Shown here: positions 48,084 to 56,290 of the stretch, one piece after another
How positions within the stretch are numbered: position 1 is the stretch's first letter
How the letters are laid out: each line of letters begins with the position of its first letter
Origin: a virus
Lineage: Duplodnaviria > Heunggongvirae > Uroviricota > Caudoviricetes
Length of the DNA: 64,000 nucleotides
Direction: 5' to 3' (one strand)
Virus record (IMG/VR): IMGVR_UViG_3300035515_000158
Position numbers and translations under genes: made by a program
Notes under the pieces: model-generated
Told to the model about the DNA's origin: nothing
What the model saw: the letters and a program-made list of their open reading frames with translations, nothing else
Database searches by the model: none

Positions 48084-48101
48084 ACATATTAAACATAACA
48101 A
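48084..48101 (-). promoter_or_regulatory. class-2 motif variant
   Basis: ACATATTAAACATAACAA. Confidence 0.45.
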
Positions 48102-48129
48102 AAAAAGGATGAAAATGGACATTACGAAA

Positions 48130-48740
48130 TAAAATCGTCAAAAAAAAAGACCGGATAATTAAATCCAGTCTTTATGGGAGATAACCTGCCCGGTTGATAG
48201 AAACGTTCTCGAACACGCTAGAGAGGCTCAGCGGGACAAAACACACAGACCTGAGAACCTTGTGATACACAGTCACCCATGCACCCAACCCCAATGGATT
48301 TTCTATACCTTTGACACCTTAGTCCTATCATGGGGTACTGCCATGTAATAGTAACCCAAGATGTGATAGGTGTTCAAATATCTTGATATGAGACCACATA
48401 CCTTCAACTATAAGACACCCCTTATTCGGTATAGACCATTTGAGGCCGACCTATTGTTACCAATAGGTGAACCAAGGTCTGAACCTTATTTCTCCGGTGG
48501 TCATTCCACCCTCACCCCACTCCCGTAGGAGTCAAAGGTTCGCCCCCTTCTTTTCCATTCATTTTGTGAACTAAATTATGGCTGACACCAACGTACTCCT
48601 ATAGTTTTGTTCATCTCATAAAAACTCAAATTCCTTGTTTACCATCGTGGGTTGCCAGAAGATGATTTTTTACAGACTTTGTTCACCAAGAGTCCGAATA
48701 GAACACACATCCATTGCCTTTCAGATAGCCTCGGTTATCG
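48130..48740. other. ~600-bp GC-enriched, ORF-free, hairpin-rich region; candidate structured non-coding RNA
   Basis: Composition differs sharply from the AT-rich surroundings; perfect hairpins include cctattg-ttacc-aatagg and catgg-N7-ccatg. Confidence 0.35.
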
Positions 48741-48825
48741 GCGGAGAGGGAGGGATTCGAACCCCCGGACCAATAATGGCCAACGGTTTTCAAGACCGCC
48801 GCAATCGACCACTCTGCCACCTCTC
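48741..48825 (-). tRNA. tRNA-Ser(UGA), class II
   Basis: Acceptor GGAGAGG/CCUCUCC; anticodon loop CUUGAAA; long variable hairpin; T-loop GGUUCGAAUCC. Confidence 0.75.
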
Positions 48826-48835
48826 CAAAATTTGT

Positions 48836-49396
48836 TTAACCAAATTTTTTAATTGTATCTTGAACTCGATTTAACCAACCTGTCAAGAATTGTTTTTGTG
48901 AAGGATTTTTAGCAACATTATCCTTATATCTTTGGATTCTTTGATTACCTAATTCCTTCGCAATTTCATCTTTATGAACTCCATTAGCATATGAAATTGT
49001 TGTTTGTCCAATCTTACCATCTACAACAATATTCACCTTACATACTTTATTTATGGCTTGTTGTAATAATTTAACTGAACCTACACAACCACTATTTACT
49101 GCATGATCATATAAATGAGCTGAGATTAATAAAGAATCAAAACTATCAATCTTCATAGTGTTATAAAAATTAGTGAGATAAAATTCCTCTACTAATGTTT
49201 GTAATTGTAGATTGTTTATTTTTTGATTCCATTTTAGAGGTTTATTCTTATCTACAATACTCCATCCAGACCACTTAGGCCAATTCTTTCTGGAAATACC
49301 ACAGTAAGTTTCTCCACCTCTATCTCCTTTTACATTTGCATATCCACCTTCAATAGTTAAAGTTGCGTCAATAATTTGTTTCGCTTTGGTTGTCAT
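48836..49396 (-). CDS. endolysin with a GH108 N-terminal domain and a PG_binding_3-like C-terminus (186 aa)
   Basis: TIEGGYANVKGDRGGETYCGISRKNW matches the GH108 signature EGGY-x10-GG-x-T-x-GI. Confidence 0.75.
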   Translation of the reverse strand: MTTKAKQIIDATLTIEGGYANVKGDRGGETYCGISRKNWPKWSGWSIVDKNKPLKWNQKINNLQLQTLVEEFYLTNFYNTMKIDSFDSLLISAHLYDHAVNSGCVGSVKLLQQAINKVCKVNIVVDGKIGQTTISYANGVHKDEIAKELGNQRIQRYKDNVAKNPSQKQFLTGWLNRVQDTIKKFG

Positions 49397-49584
49397 TTGT
49401 TTGTTTTACATATTGTGTATGGTCAGAATAACCAAGGATGTAAATTATTAAAATCTCTTTCTTCACTTACATTTGGTTCATTTAACATCTGACGAATTTG
49501 GTAGTCAGTAAAGTTTCTCAACTGTTTTTCAAAAGTAACATCTTCAAATCGCATAGGTAGAAAATTTTAAGGTTAGTATTAATG

Positions 49585-49669
49585 CGGAGAGCAGTGGACT
49601 CGAACCACATACGATCACTCGTACAATCTTTTTAGCAGAAAGTCCTTTTACCTCAAAAGTTTACTCTCC
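49585..49669 (-). tRNA. tRNA-Ser(GCU), class II
   Basis: Anticodon loop CUGCUAA; variable hairpin UACGA-GUGA-UCGUA; T-loop GGUUCGAGUCC. Confidence 0.65.
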
Positions 49670-49768
49670 ATAATTAACAAGATTCAAAATCAAAACCACC
49701 TATATAAATTTATGTACTAAAAAGTTGCGGTATGAATCTTTACTTCATCTAATATATTTATGTAATTG

Positions 49769-49841
49769 TGAGCCCGGTGGGACTCGAACCCACGACCCCA
49801 ACATTAAAAGTGTTGTGCTCTACCAACTGAGCTACGGACTC
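49769..49841 (-). tRNA. tRNA-Lys(UUU)
   Basis: Anticodon loop CUUUUAA; canonical cloverleaf. Confidence 0.8.
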
Positions 49842-49845
49842 CAAC

Positions 49846-50439
49846 CTAATGTTTGTCTTTTATTGTCCATGTGATATTTCTACCAAAACCTCTATTCGCT
49901 CCTTTATATGTAGAAGTGAGTGAGTGACAATTTGGACAAACCAATCTTAAATTATTCTCAGAGTTATTTTCTGAGTTTCCATCTATGTGATCGATTTCTA
50001 AAGGAATAGTGTTTGTATATGGGTTTACTTTTGACCAACCACATTCACAACATTTATAATCAAACTTTTCAAATATATAACGTCGTAATTGTTTAGGTAT
50101 TTGTCCCCATTTTGTTGACTTAGCGATTGAGTTATCTAATTTGTAACGTTCAACCCACTGTTTATATTCAAAGTCCTGCTGACATTTATTTGAACAATAT
50201 TTACATCCAGACTTTATATCTTTTCCACAATATTTACAGTAGGTTTTCTTACCTTGACCTTTATTGACAGGTTGTTTTCCTGAGTTCTTAGATCGAACAG
50301 GTAACTCAAAACCTCTATTCCTCATTACTTTCTTGATATTGTTACCAGAACATCCAAATAGACGACCAATTTCCTCATAAGAAAGTTTATCTACAAATAT
50401 ATATCTCTTTAATATGTCAATGTTCTCAGTCCAATCCAT
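49846..50439 (-). CDS. HNH homing-type endonuclease (197 aa)
   Basis: Zinc/HNH motifs CKYCGK ... CSNKCQ ... HIDGN ... CPNCHS; start codon sits 2 nt from the tRNA-Cys 3' end. Confidence 0.7.
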   Translation of the reverse strand: MDWTENIDILKRYIFVDKLSYEEIGRLFGCSGNNIKKVMRNRGFELPVRSKNSGKQPVNKGQGKKTYCKYCGKDIKSGCKYCSNKCQQDFEYKQWVERYKLDNSIAKSTKWGQIPKQLRRYIFEKFDYKCCECGWSKVNPYTNTIPLEIDHIDGNSENNSENNLRLVCPNCHSLTSTYKGANRGFGRNITWTIKDKH

Positions 50440-50441
50440 AG

Positions 50442-50514
50442 AGTTGACGAGCGGAGTCGAACCGCTGAATAATGGTTTTGCAGACCAGTCCCTTAACCAC
50501 TTGGGTACGTCAAC
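50442..50514 (-). tRNA. tRNA-Cys(GCA)
   Basis: Anticodon loop CUGCAAA; U73 discriminator as expected for Cys. Confidence 0.75.
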
Positions 50515-50524
50515 ATTGTTTAGG

Positions 50525-50606
50525 TGCTCATGAAGGGACTCGAACCCATACGTCTTTTGACAACAGATCCTAAGTCTGTCGCGTCTACCAATTCCGCCAC
50601 ATGAGC
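50525..50606 (-). tRNA. tRNA-Leu(UAG), class II
   Basis: Anticodon loop CUUAGGA; variable hairpin GUC-AAAA-GAC. Confidence 0.75.
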
Positions 50607-50612
50607 AGTCTA

Positions 50613-51311
50613 TTAAGTTCTTTCTTGTTTAGATGATTGAGATGTTTTCAAGATAGAAGCGTCATACATTTCAGGAGAAGTAATAATATCTCTACCTCTA
50701 CTTGGTGCATTATTCTTCATATTATCTAACATTGATTGAAATTGTGATTTTCTATCATCACTTGTTTTCAATACATCATCTCTTTCACCACTGGAAGCCA
50801 ACTGATAAACTGTATTAGGAGCACCTGATTGAACAGTTCTTGAAGATGCACTATTATATACATTAGAACTTCCAGATAAATAATCAGTTGTTGTAGTAGG
50901 TATGGTAATGTTAGTATTTATTACACCATTATATCTAAAAAAGTGTATAGTTGTCGTACCTAAACTTGCATATACCATTACACTATTTTGTTTGAAATCC
51001 GATATCCATTGTCTACCAGAATACATACAAATATGACCGGGAGCACTTTGGTTGTAAGTAGGTTTCATATATACTGCAATATCACCGGGTTGAGGTGTAT
51101 ATGTACTGGCATTACTACTACTCATCTGGGCAACTTCATTAAAACCTATTGAGGGTAAATAATTAATATATTTCCAAGCCCAGTCAGGTCTTCCTGATGT
51201 GGATAACCCTCCAGATTCAATGGCCATTCTGACATACTTCGCACACTTACCTTGTGATTTAACAGAGGCTCTACTTGCTAATGAATTTACACATTTTTGT
51301 AAATCAAACAT
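50613..51311 (-). CDS. CHAP-domain peptidoglycan peptidase (232 aa)
   Basis: Catalytic Cys context GKCAKYV and His context PGHICMY at the typical spacing. Confidence 0.65.
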   Translation of the reverse strand: MFDLQKCVNSLASRASVKSQGKCAKYVRMAIESGGLSTSGRPDWAWKYINYLPSIGFNEVAQMSSSNASTYTPQPGDIAVYMKPTYNQSAPGHICMYSGRQWISDFKQNSVMVYASLGTTTIHFFRYNGVINTNITIPTTTTDYLSGSSNVYNSASSRTVQSGAPNTVYQLASSGERDDVLKTSDDRKSQFQSMLDNMKNNAPSRGRDIITSPEMYDASILKTSQSSKQERT

Positions 51312-51335
51312 AATTCACCTATTCCAATATATCGG

Positions 51336-51406
51336 TTGGAATATCAAGGCTCGAACTTGAAACGACAGAACCAAAATCTGTAGTGTTACCATTACACCAT
51401 ATTCCA
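51336..51406 (-). tRNA. tRNA-Gln(UUG)
   Basis: Anticodon stem-loop ACAGA-UUUUGGU-UCUGU. Confidence 0.75.
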
Positions 51407-51414
51407 ATGTTTAG

Positions 51415-51488
51415 CGGTGTATATGGGACTCGAACCCATGACCCCCTGCGTGACAGGCAGGTATTCTAACCATCTGAACTAATACACC
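51415..51488 (-). tRNA. tRNA-Asp(GUC)
   Basis: Anticodon stem-loop CCUGC-CUGUCAC-GCAGG. Confidence 0.8.
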
Positions 51489-51495
51489 TCACTAT

Positions 51496-51966
51496 TTAAT
51501 AATTATCATCTTTATCTACGGCGACACCTTCCCAAATACCTAAAAGGTTTTCGTCAGTTTCAGGGTTTTCGATAAAGTATTCTTCAACTTTTTCTTTAGT
51601 TTTATTATTAAATTTATAGACAGTTATTGATTTTACGGTAGGACATCTATCTTCTTCTTCTAACTCAGCAATGTCCCATACAACATCAACAATTCTATAA
51701 AAATCCCAAAAGAACACACCTTCACCAAACCATTGTTTACCTACATAAAAGGGAGTATACATCTCAAGATGTCTTAACACATCTTCTTTATATCTGGTTT
51801 TTATTTCTTCAATTTCTTGTTCTCTTCTAGAACGATACGAACCAGTGTCTTTTATGTGATTTAATTGGTCTATATACATTGTTCTTATATATGAACAAAT
51901 TCTTTCATAATGTTCATGGAAATAATTGATATTTCTACGAGCTTCTTTAATGTGACTTTTTATCAT
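51496..51966 (-). CDS. hypothetical protein (156 aa)
   Basis: Minus-strand ORF between tRNAs. Confidence 0.45.
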   Translation of the reverse strand: MIKSHIKEARRNINYFHEHYERICSYIRTMYIDQLNHIKDTGSYRSRREQEIEEIKTRYKEDVLRHLEMYTPFYVGKQWFGEGVFFWDFYRIVDVVWDIAELEEEDRCPTVKSITVYKFNNKTKEKVEEYFIENPETDENLLGIWEGVAVDKDDNY

Positions 51967-51991
51967 GATTGATTAAAGGTTAAAATATATG

Positions 51992-52068
51992 TGGGGGTTA
52001 GAATGAGAATCGAACTCATACCACAAGTGCCACAAACTCGGATGCTAACCGTTAACACCATCTAACCC
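51992..52068 (-). tRNA. tRNA-His(GUG) with genomically encoded G-1, C73 discriminator and encoded 3' CCA
   Basis: 5' G|GGUUAGA pairs with UCUAACC|C; anticodon stem-loop CGAGU-UUGUGGC-ACUUG. Confidence 0.75.
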
Positions 52069-52221
52069 ATGTCAAAAAATCTCGACTAACAGCTCATCTT
52101 CTTGTATCCATACTTTCCAGATGATTTTGAGCTTCCTAGTGTTATCGGGTATGAACTCTCATGGTTACTGACTTCGAGATTTCAAATGTGAACACTACTA
52201 CTAACCATTTTTCATGTTCTT

Positions 52222-52296
52222 TGGTAGCGGGGGTAGGGATCGAACCTACGACCTTAAGCTTATGAGGCTTACGAGCTACCTCTGCTCTACCCCGCA
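52222..52296 (-). tRNA. tRNA-Met(CAU) elongator-type with a U1-U72 mismatch; CCA encoded
   Basis: Anticodon stem-loop UAAGC-CUCAUAA-GCUUA. Confidence 0.7.
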
Positions 52297-52301
52297 ATAT
52301 A

Positions 52302-52769
52302 TCATAATTTCAATAGACCATTATCAAATTCCCAATGATGATTAGGACACAAACCAATTAGATTGTCCGGGTTATTTATTTCTGATATTGGAGTGTCATC
52401 ACTAAACTCTGAAACTGGTTTAATGTGAGCTACCTCAACATGATTTGTATAACCACATATTTCACATCTATAAGGTTTATTTGATTTCATGAATGATTTT
52501 CTGGCAAGTCTTGTGATAGAACTTCGAGCGGATTGCCAATTTTTTCTATTTTTGAATAAATCACCTTTTGTTTGGATAGAGATTGGAGTTTTAGTTTGAC
52601 TTTGTGGTTCAGGTATCATCAGGTTTTGACATCTCTTTTTGATAGATGTTTTGACATTTGATGACATTGGATACACATAACCAAATCTATAACTTAACTC
52701 TTTCCATGTAGATGATGTCAAAATAATTTCAGAAAACTGTTCATCATCAAATGAATCTAAATTAGTCAT
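52302..52769 (-). CDS. HNH endonuclease (155 aa)
   Basis: CEICGY ... HVEVAHIKP ... LCPNHH. Confidence 0.7.
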   Translation of the reverse strand: MTNLDSFDDEQFSEIILTSSTWKELSYRFGYVYPMSSNVKTSIKKRCQNLMIPEPQSQTKTPISIQTKGDLFKNRKNWQSARSSITRLARKSFMKSNKPYRCEICGYTNHVEVAHIKPVSEFSDDTPISEINNPDNLIGLCPNHHWEFDNGLLKL

Positions 52770-52784
52770 ATCTTATTATTTTAG

Positions 52785-52857
52785 AGCCGAATAAGGGACT
52801 CGAACCCATGACCCCGAGATTACAAATCACGTGCTCTACCAACTGAGCTAATTCGGC
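52785..52857 (-). tRNA. tRNA-Thr(UGU)
   Basis: Anticodon loop UUUGUAA; acceptor GCCGAAU/AUUCGGC. Confidence 0.7.
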
Positions 52858-53098
52858 ATGATTAAAATTTGGTTTTATTTACTACATCAGAAGAAAAGGT
52901 AAAAAGGTGGTTGGAATGATAATGAATTATTTTTGATTTTCTCGCAAATAATTCATAGGTATCATTCCGGAAGGACAAAAGTAGTAAGTAGAAGATGCTT
53001 CAAGATACCACTTAAAGGCCTTTTTAAATGATTTACAAATTTTCTTCATAACTGTAAACTTATTATATATATTAAAATTTCAATGTTCTCTTAATTTG

Positions 53099-53171
53099 TG
53101 GAGTCACTCGGGATCGAACCGAGAACCATAGAATGCAAATCTATAATTTTAGCCAGTTAAACTATGACCCC
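53099..53171 (-). tRNA. tRNA-Ala(UGC)
   Basis: Anticodon stem-loop AUAGA-UUUGCAU-UCUAU. Confidence 0.7.
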
Positions 53172-53258
53172 CGACTGAGGCGGGAAGGATTTGAACCAAC
53201 AACCAGGATCCCATGCACTACTCCGTTGCCCACTGAGGGGTAAATCCCTCTTCCCTTA
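53172..53258 (-). pseudogene. tRNA-like remnant (T-arm-like GGUUCAAAUCCUUC resembling a tRNA-Tyr T-arm; no matching 5' half)
   Basis: Hand folding finds no 5' acceptor partner. Confidence 0.3.
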
Positions 53259-53261
53259 GTT

Positions 53262-53540
53262 ATCGCTTTACGTTTCTGTTCCTCGTGTCACTTGTGTCCG
53301 TATTCCCTTTGTGTCAGTCCGTATTCCATTTTGTGTCACCGAGTTCGTATTCCATTTTGTGTCATCCAGTTTTCCCATTGTGTCATCCCGTTTCCATCCG
53401 GTTCCTGTTTCTGTATCAAGAGTTTCCATCTGTTTCTGTATCCACTTGTGTCCGTATTCCCCAGTGTCCGTTTCCATGTTTTTGTGTCACCTGTAATCTG
53501 TTGTGTCACCCGTAGTCCTATTGCGTTTCCGTAGTTGTGT
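53262..53540. repeat. degenerate direct-repeat array A: ~11 copies of TTGTGTCA(C/T)C and a ~26-bp unit GTGTCA-NN-CCGTATTCCATTTT; strongly C/T-rich on the plus strand
   Basis: Repeats are visible by eye; the minus strand is purine-rich with GTGACACAA iterated. Confidence 0.7.
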
Positions 53541-53584
53541 CGTAGTAGGAATTACCTACTCTATCCAAATTGAGCTACCGCCCA

Positions 53585-53660
53585 TGGCATCGGGTACGGG
53601 ATTTGAACCCGTGTTCCTACCGTGAAAGGGTAATGTCCTAGACCCCTAGACGAACCCGAC
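53585..53660 (-). tRNA. tRNA-Glu(UUC), CCA encoded
   Basis: Anticodon stem-loop UUACC-CUUUCAC-GGUAG. Confidence 0.7.
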
Positions 53661-53693
53661 AAACTTGAATTGTAATTCTATTTCAAAGAACTA

Positions 53694-53711
53694 ACATATT
53701 AAATATAACAA
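53694..53711 (-). promoter_or_regulatory. class-2 conserved motif, 34 nt upstream of tRNA-Glu
   Basis: Exact 18-mer copy. Confidence 0.5.
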
Positions 53712-53752
53712 ATAATCTTGATTTTTCTCAGATTTATTGTTTTTTTTTTCTG

Positions 53753-53825
53753 TGGAGAGGGATGGAATCGAACCATCATAAGAGGATTTTCAGTCCACCG
53801 CATTGACCAACTTTGCTACCTCTCC
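53753..53825 (-). tRNA. tRNA-Phe(GAA)
   Basis: Anticodon loop CUGAAAA; acceptor GGAGAGG/CCUCUCC. Confidence 0.7.
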
Positions 53826-53832
53826 ATTTTTG

Positions 53833-53916
53833 TGGGAGTGGAGGGAATCGAACCCCCTCAGACGATAGTCAGCAGATTTACAGTCTGCCGCGACTCTCCA
53901 ACTTCGCCGCACTCCC
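53833..53916 (-). tRNA. tRNA-Tyr(GUA), class II
   Basis: Anticodon arm GCAGA-CUGUAAA-UCUGC, identical to the E. coli tRNA-Tyr anticodon arm. Confidence 0.8.
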
Positions 53917-53925
53917 AGTTTGTTG

Positions 53926-54007
53926 TACCTTCTCTGGGACTCGAACCCAGACACTGTTAAGTATTTGATTTTGAATCAAACGTGTCTACCAATTCCACCA
54001 AGAAGGC
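53926..54007 (-). tRNA. tRNA-Leu(CAA), class II
   Basis: Anticodon stem-loop UUUGA-UUCAAAA-UCAAA. Confidence 0.75.
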
Positions 54008-54292
54008 AAAAAAGAAACTCACATCTTCTGGTTAATTAGAATATGTGAGTTTTATATCATTTTAATTATTACACATTAACACACATATCCAGTATCCCCC
54101 AAATCTTCATCAGATGTGGTTGATGATTGGTAACAACTATATGTAAACTGTTTATGTGACATAATTATCATATTCTAATAAAATAGACAAGATTCAACTT
54201 TGACCTGAAAAAAATATAATGAACATAAGTTTGCGGTATGAATCTTTACTACCAATTTAATTTATTTATGTAAATTTATTTTTAAAATTTTG

Positions 54293-54365
54293 AGCGAGAT
54301 ATGGGACTCGAACCCACGACTTTCAGATTGGAAATCTGACGCTCTACCAACTGAGTTAATCTCGC
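54293..54365 (-). tRNA. tRNA-Trp(CCA)
   Basis: Anticodon stem-loop UCAGA-UUUCCAA-UCUGA. Confidence 0.75.
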
Positions 54366-54649
54366 AAGTAAACAGGCGACGTAGAACTGGGGTTATGTTC
54401 ACCCCAATAAACACACACTCGAAATCTGGTAGCTTTCTACCCCCACTTAGACGTCCCCTTTCGTGTCCTCTGTATCAGGGTTCTCAGTACAGCAATCTTT
54501 CAGGTATCAACACCTCCCCATTCTATGTCTTTGGTTTGGATACACTAACTTCAACCATCAGACCAGTTCTCTCAACATTAGACTCCTATGGATGTGATTA
54601 TCCAAATCGGGATAATCAATACTTCACTCTACTTGATTAGAGCAAATGT

Positions 54650-54890
54650 CTCACATAGTGTCTGTGTCCATTGTATCCAAGTTTCGATTTCCATTGTATC
54701 CAAGTTTCGATTTCCATTGCAACCCCTTCGTTTCCATCTGTTTCCATATTATATAGGTGTCATCACTCTGTATTCCTATTTTTATTGTTTCCCTTTGTAT
54801 CCGTTCGTGACTCAAGTTTTGTATCCACCCTTCGATGTCCATTGTATCCACCCTTCGATGTCCATTGTATCAATCTGTAATCTACATGAA
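54650..54890. repeat. degenerate direct-repeat array B: TCCATTGTATCCAAGTTTCGATT x2, GTATCCACCCTTCGATGTCCATT x2; shares GTATCC, GTTTCCAT and CTGTAATCT words with array A
   Basis: Perfect 23-bp tandem duplicates at 54676-54721 and 54823-54868. Confidence 0.7.
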
Positions 54891-55017
54891 TGAGAAATAT
54901 TGCCCTTATCCCTTTTCAACCGCACCATCAACAGGTCGTTTTTACATACGAACTAAACCTTCGACGTGTATAATTGTATTCTACACACCTGTTAAATTTT
55001 TCAATGTTCTCTTTTCG

Positions 55018-55091
55018 CGGCTCAGGTAGGACTCGAACCTACGACACCCTGATTAACAGTCAGGTGCTCTAACCTACTGAGCTACTGAGCC
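55018..55091 (-). tRNA. tRNA-Asn(GUU)
   Basis: Anticodon stem-loop CCUGA-CUGUUAA-UCAGG. Confidence 0.8.
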
Positions 55092-55099
55092 AACTCATC

Positions 55100-55525
55100 T
55101 TAGATATTTATGATTTTCTCAAACGAAAAATCTTCGTAATTCAATGGTTCATATTGGTTATGTGTTTCCTTAAATGGTACATTAACCTTTATGGCATTTC
55201 TATTTTGAAGTTTCTCGATAGGTATTAACATCAATATTTTAGATTCTACATTATAGATTGAAAAATAATCAATGTCACCACAATCATATTTCTTAAAGTA
55301 GTTGTGACCATTTCTAATAGTTCCACTTCTTAAATCTACGGTAAAACCATCTTTCTTCATTTTATATGATGTCTTAACCTGTATTTTATTAAGTTTACCA
55401 TTAAATTCAGCTATCAAATCAGCACTTTCATTGTCACCAAATGGGATATAAACAGGAACACCTAACTCCACGAATTTGGTTAATGTAATAGCTTCTCCAA
55501 TATTTCCAACTCTTTTACTCTGCAT
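55100..55525 (-). CDS. putative PD-(D/E)xK-fold nuclease (start trimmed to MQSKRVGNIGEA because the listed extension overlaps tRNA-Pro)
   Basis: GNIGEA ... PFGDNESADLIAE ... KIQVK pattern; located between tRNA genes like a homing endonuclease. Confidence 0.4.
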   Translation of the reverse strand: MQSKRVGNIGEAITLTKFVELGVPVYIPFGDNESADLIAEFNGKLNKIQVKTSYKMKKDGFTVDLRSGTIRNGHNYFKKYDCGDIDYFSIYNVESKILMLIPIEKLQNRNAIKVNVPFKETHNQYEPLNYEDFSFEKIINI

Positions 55526-55527
55526 AG

Positions 55528-55600
55528 TCGGGATGACACGACTCGAACGTGCGACCTCACCACCCCAAATGGCAAATTCTACCAACTGAAATACATCCCG
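55528..55600 (-). tRNA. tRNA-Pro(UGG)
   Basis: Anticodon loop UUUGGGG; acceptor CGGGAUG/CAUCCCG. Confidence 0.7.
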
Positions 55601-55611
55601 AAAAATTTTAA

Positions 55612-55689
55612 TGGTCAGGTGGGAAGGACTCGAACCTCCAACAGTACGACCTACTTCGGCCGCCCTCTAACCAATTGATCTACCACCTG
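55612..55689 (-). tRNA. tRNA-like gene with perfect acceptor stem, T-arm and encoded CCA, but a non-canonical D and anticodon region (isotype unassigned; Gly, Val or Arg are candidates by exclusion)
   Basis: CAGGUGG/CCACCUG acceptor; GGAGG-UUCGAGU-CCUUC T-arm. Confidence 0.45.
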
Positions 55690-56254
55690 TTTTTCTAATA
55701 CCTTGTATGATTTTTCTTGTCAATCCAAAAAACTCAGCTACCTTTTCCCAAGAATTAAGTTCCAGATATTTTTGATTTACTTCATCACAAGAAGGGTAAT
55801 TTTTATCTTTCAATCTACATTCAGGAGAACAATAAATTTTACCTTTCATTCTGGTGAACAACTTACCACAACATTTACATTTAGTATAAGCTGTTTTCTT
55901 AGGTATGATAAAAGATGATTTATTGGAATCTTCTATGACTTCATTAATCTCATCCATATTAAGTCCGGGGTTATGAATTTCCCTATGACAATTAGCACAC
56001 AATAATTGACACTTATCCAACTCTTTGTTAAGTATATCAATTCTGGTATTTGCGAAGTGATGGATATCTAATTGAAATAACTTAGTAGAAGGGTTGATAT
56101 GGTGAAAATCGAGAGCTGATATATTGTGATTATATCCACAGATTTCACATTTACCACCCTTAAAGATGATAGCCTCATATTTTCTTTTGAGACCTCTTAT
56201 CTTCTGGTTAGTGTATTTGTTAGGGTTGTCCATAACTTCAAAATTTGTGTCCAC
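55667..56254 (-). CDS. HNH endonuclease (195 aa); its 3' end overlaps the tRNA-like gene by 23 nt
   Basis: CEICGY ... DFHHINP ... CANCHREIH. Confidence 0.65.
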   Translation of the reverse strand: MDTNFEVMDNPNKYTNQKIRGLKRKYEAIIFKGGKCEICGYNHNISALDFHHINPSTKLFQLDIHHFANTRIDILNKELDKCQLLCANCHREIHNPGLNMDEINEVIEDSNKSSFIIPKKTAYTKCKCCGKLFTRMKGKIYCSPECRLKDKNYPSCDEVNQKYLELNSWEKVAEFFGLTRKIIQGIRKTGGRSIG

Positions 56255-56290
56255 CCAAGGAATTGAACCTTTGTAGTTAAATATGTCTAA
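56245..56290 (-). pseudogene. possible tRNA 3'-half remnant (T-arm-like AAGG-UUCAAUU-CCUU)
   Basis: T-arm-like motif only; no acceptor partner found. Confidence 0.2.

Noticed and set aside
48130-48740. tmRNA or RNase P RNA in the GC-rich island
   Set aside because: I looked for the RNase P P4 consensus (GGAAAGUCCGG) and for a tmRNA tRNA-like 3' terminus plus tag ORF and found neither. The region is kept only as an unclassified structured-RNA candidate.
48635-48874. Plus-strand ORFs 48635..48874 and 48652..48852
   Set aside because: They overlap tRNA-Ser(UGA) and the GC-rich non-coding island.
52069-52221. Possible additional tRNA between tRNA-His and tRNA-Met
   Set aside because: Weak acceptor-like pairing exists (GGUUAGU/AGUAACC) but there is no T-loop consensus and no foldable cloverleaf. 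It may be a badly degraded remnant.
53268-53534. ORFs overlapping repeat array A on both strands (53268..53477 minus; 53285..53515, 53292..53534 and 53311..53496 plus)
   Set aside because: Their translations are low-complexity products of a DNA-level direct-repeat array rather than coding signal.
53262-54890. CRISPR-array interpretation of the repeat regions
   Set aside because: The repeats are degenerate, irregularly spaced and lack unique spacers of constant length. No cas genes are present.
54588-55029. ORFs overlapping repeat array B (54651..54851 minus; 54588..54893, 54671..54880 and 54835..55029 plus)
   Set aside because: Same reason: they are artefacts of tandem DNA repeats.
55526-55585. 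N-terminal 20 codons of listed ORF 55100..55585
   Set aside because: They overlap tRNA-Pro(UGG) (55528..55600). The start was moved to the internal Met at 55525.
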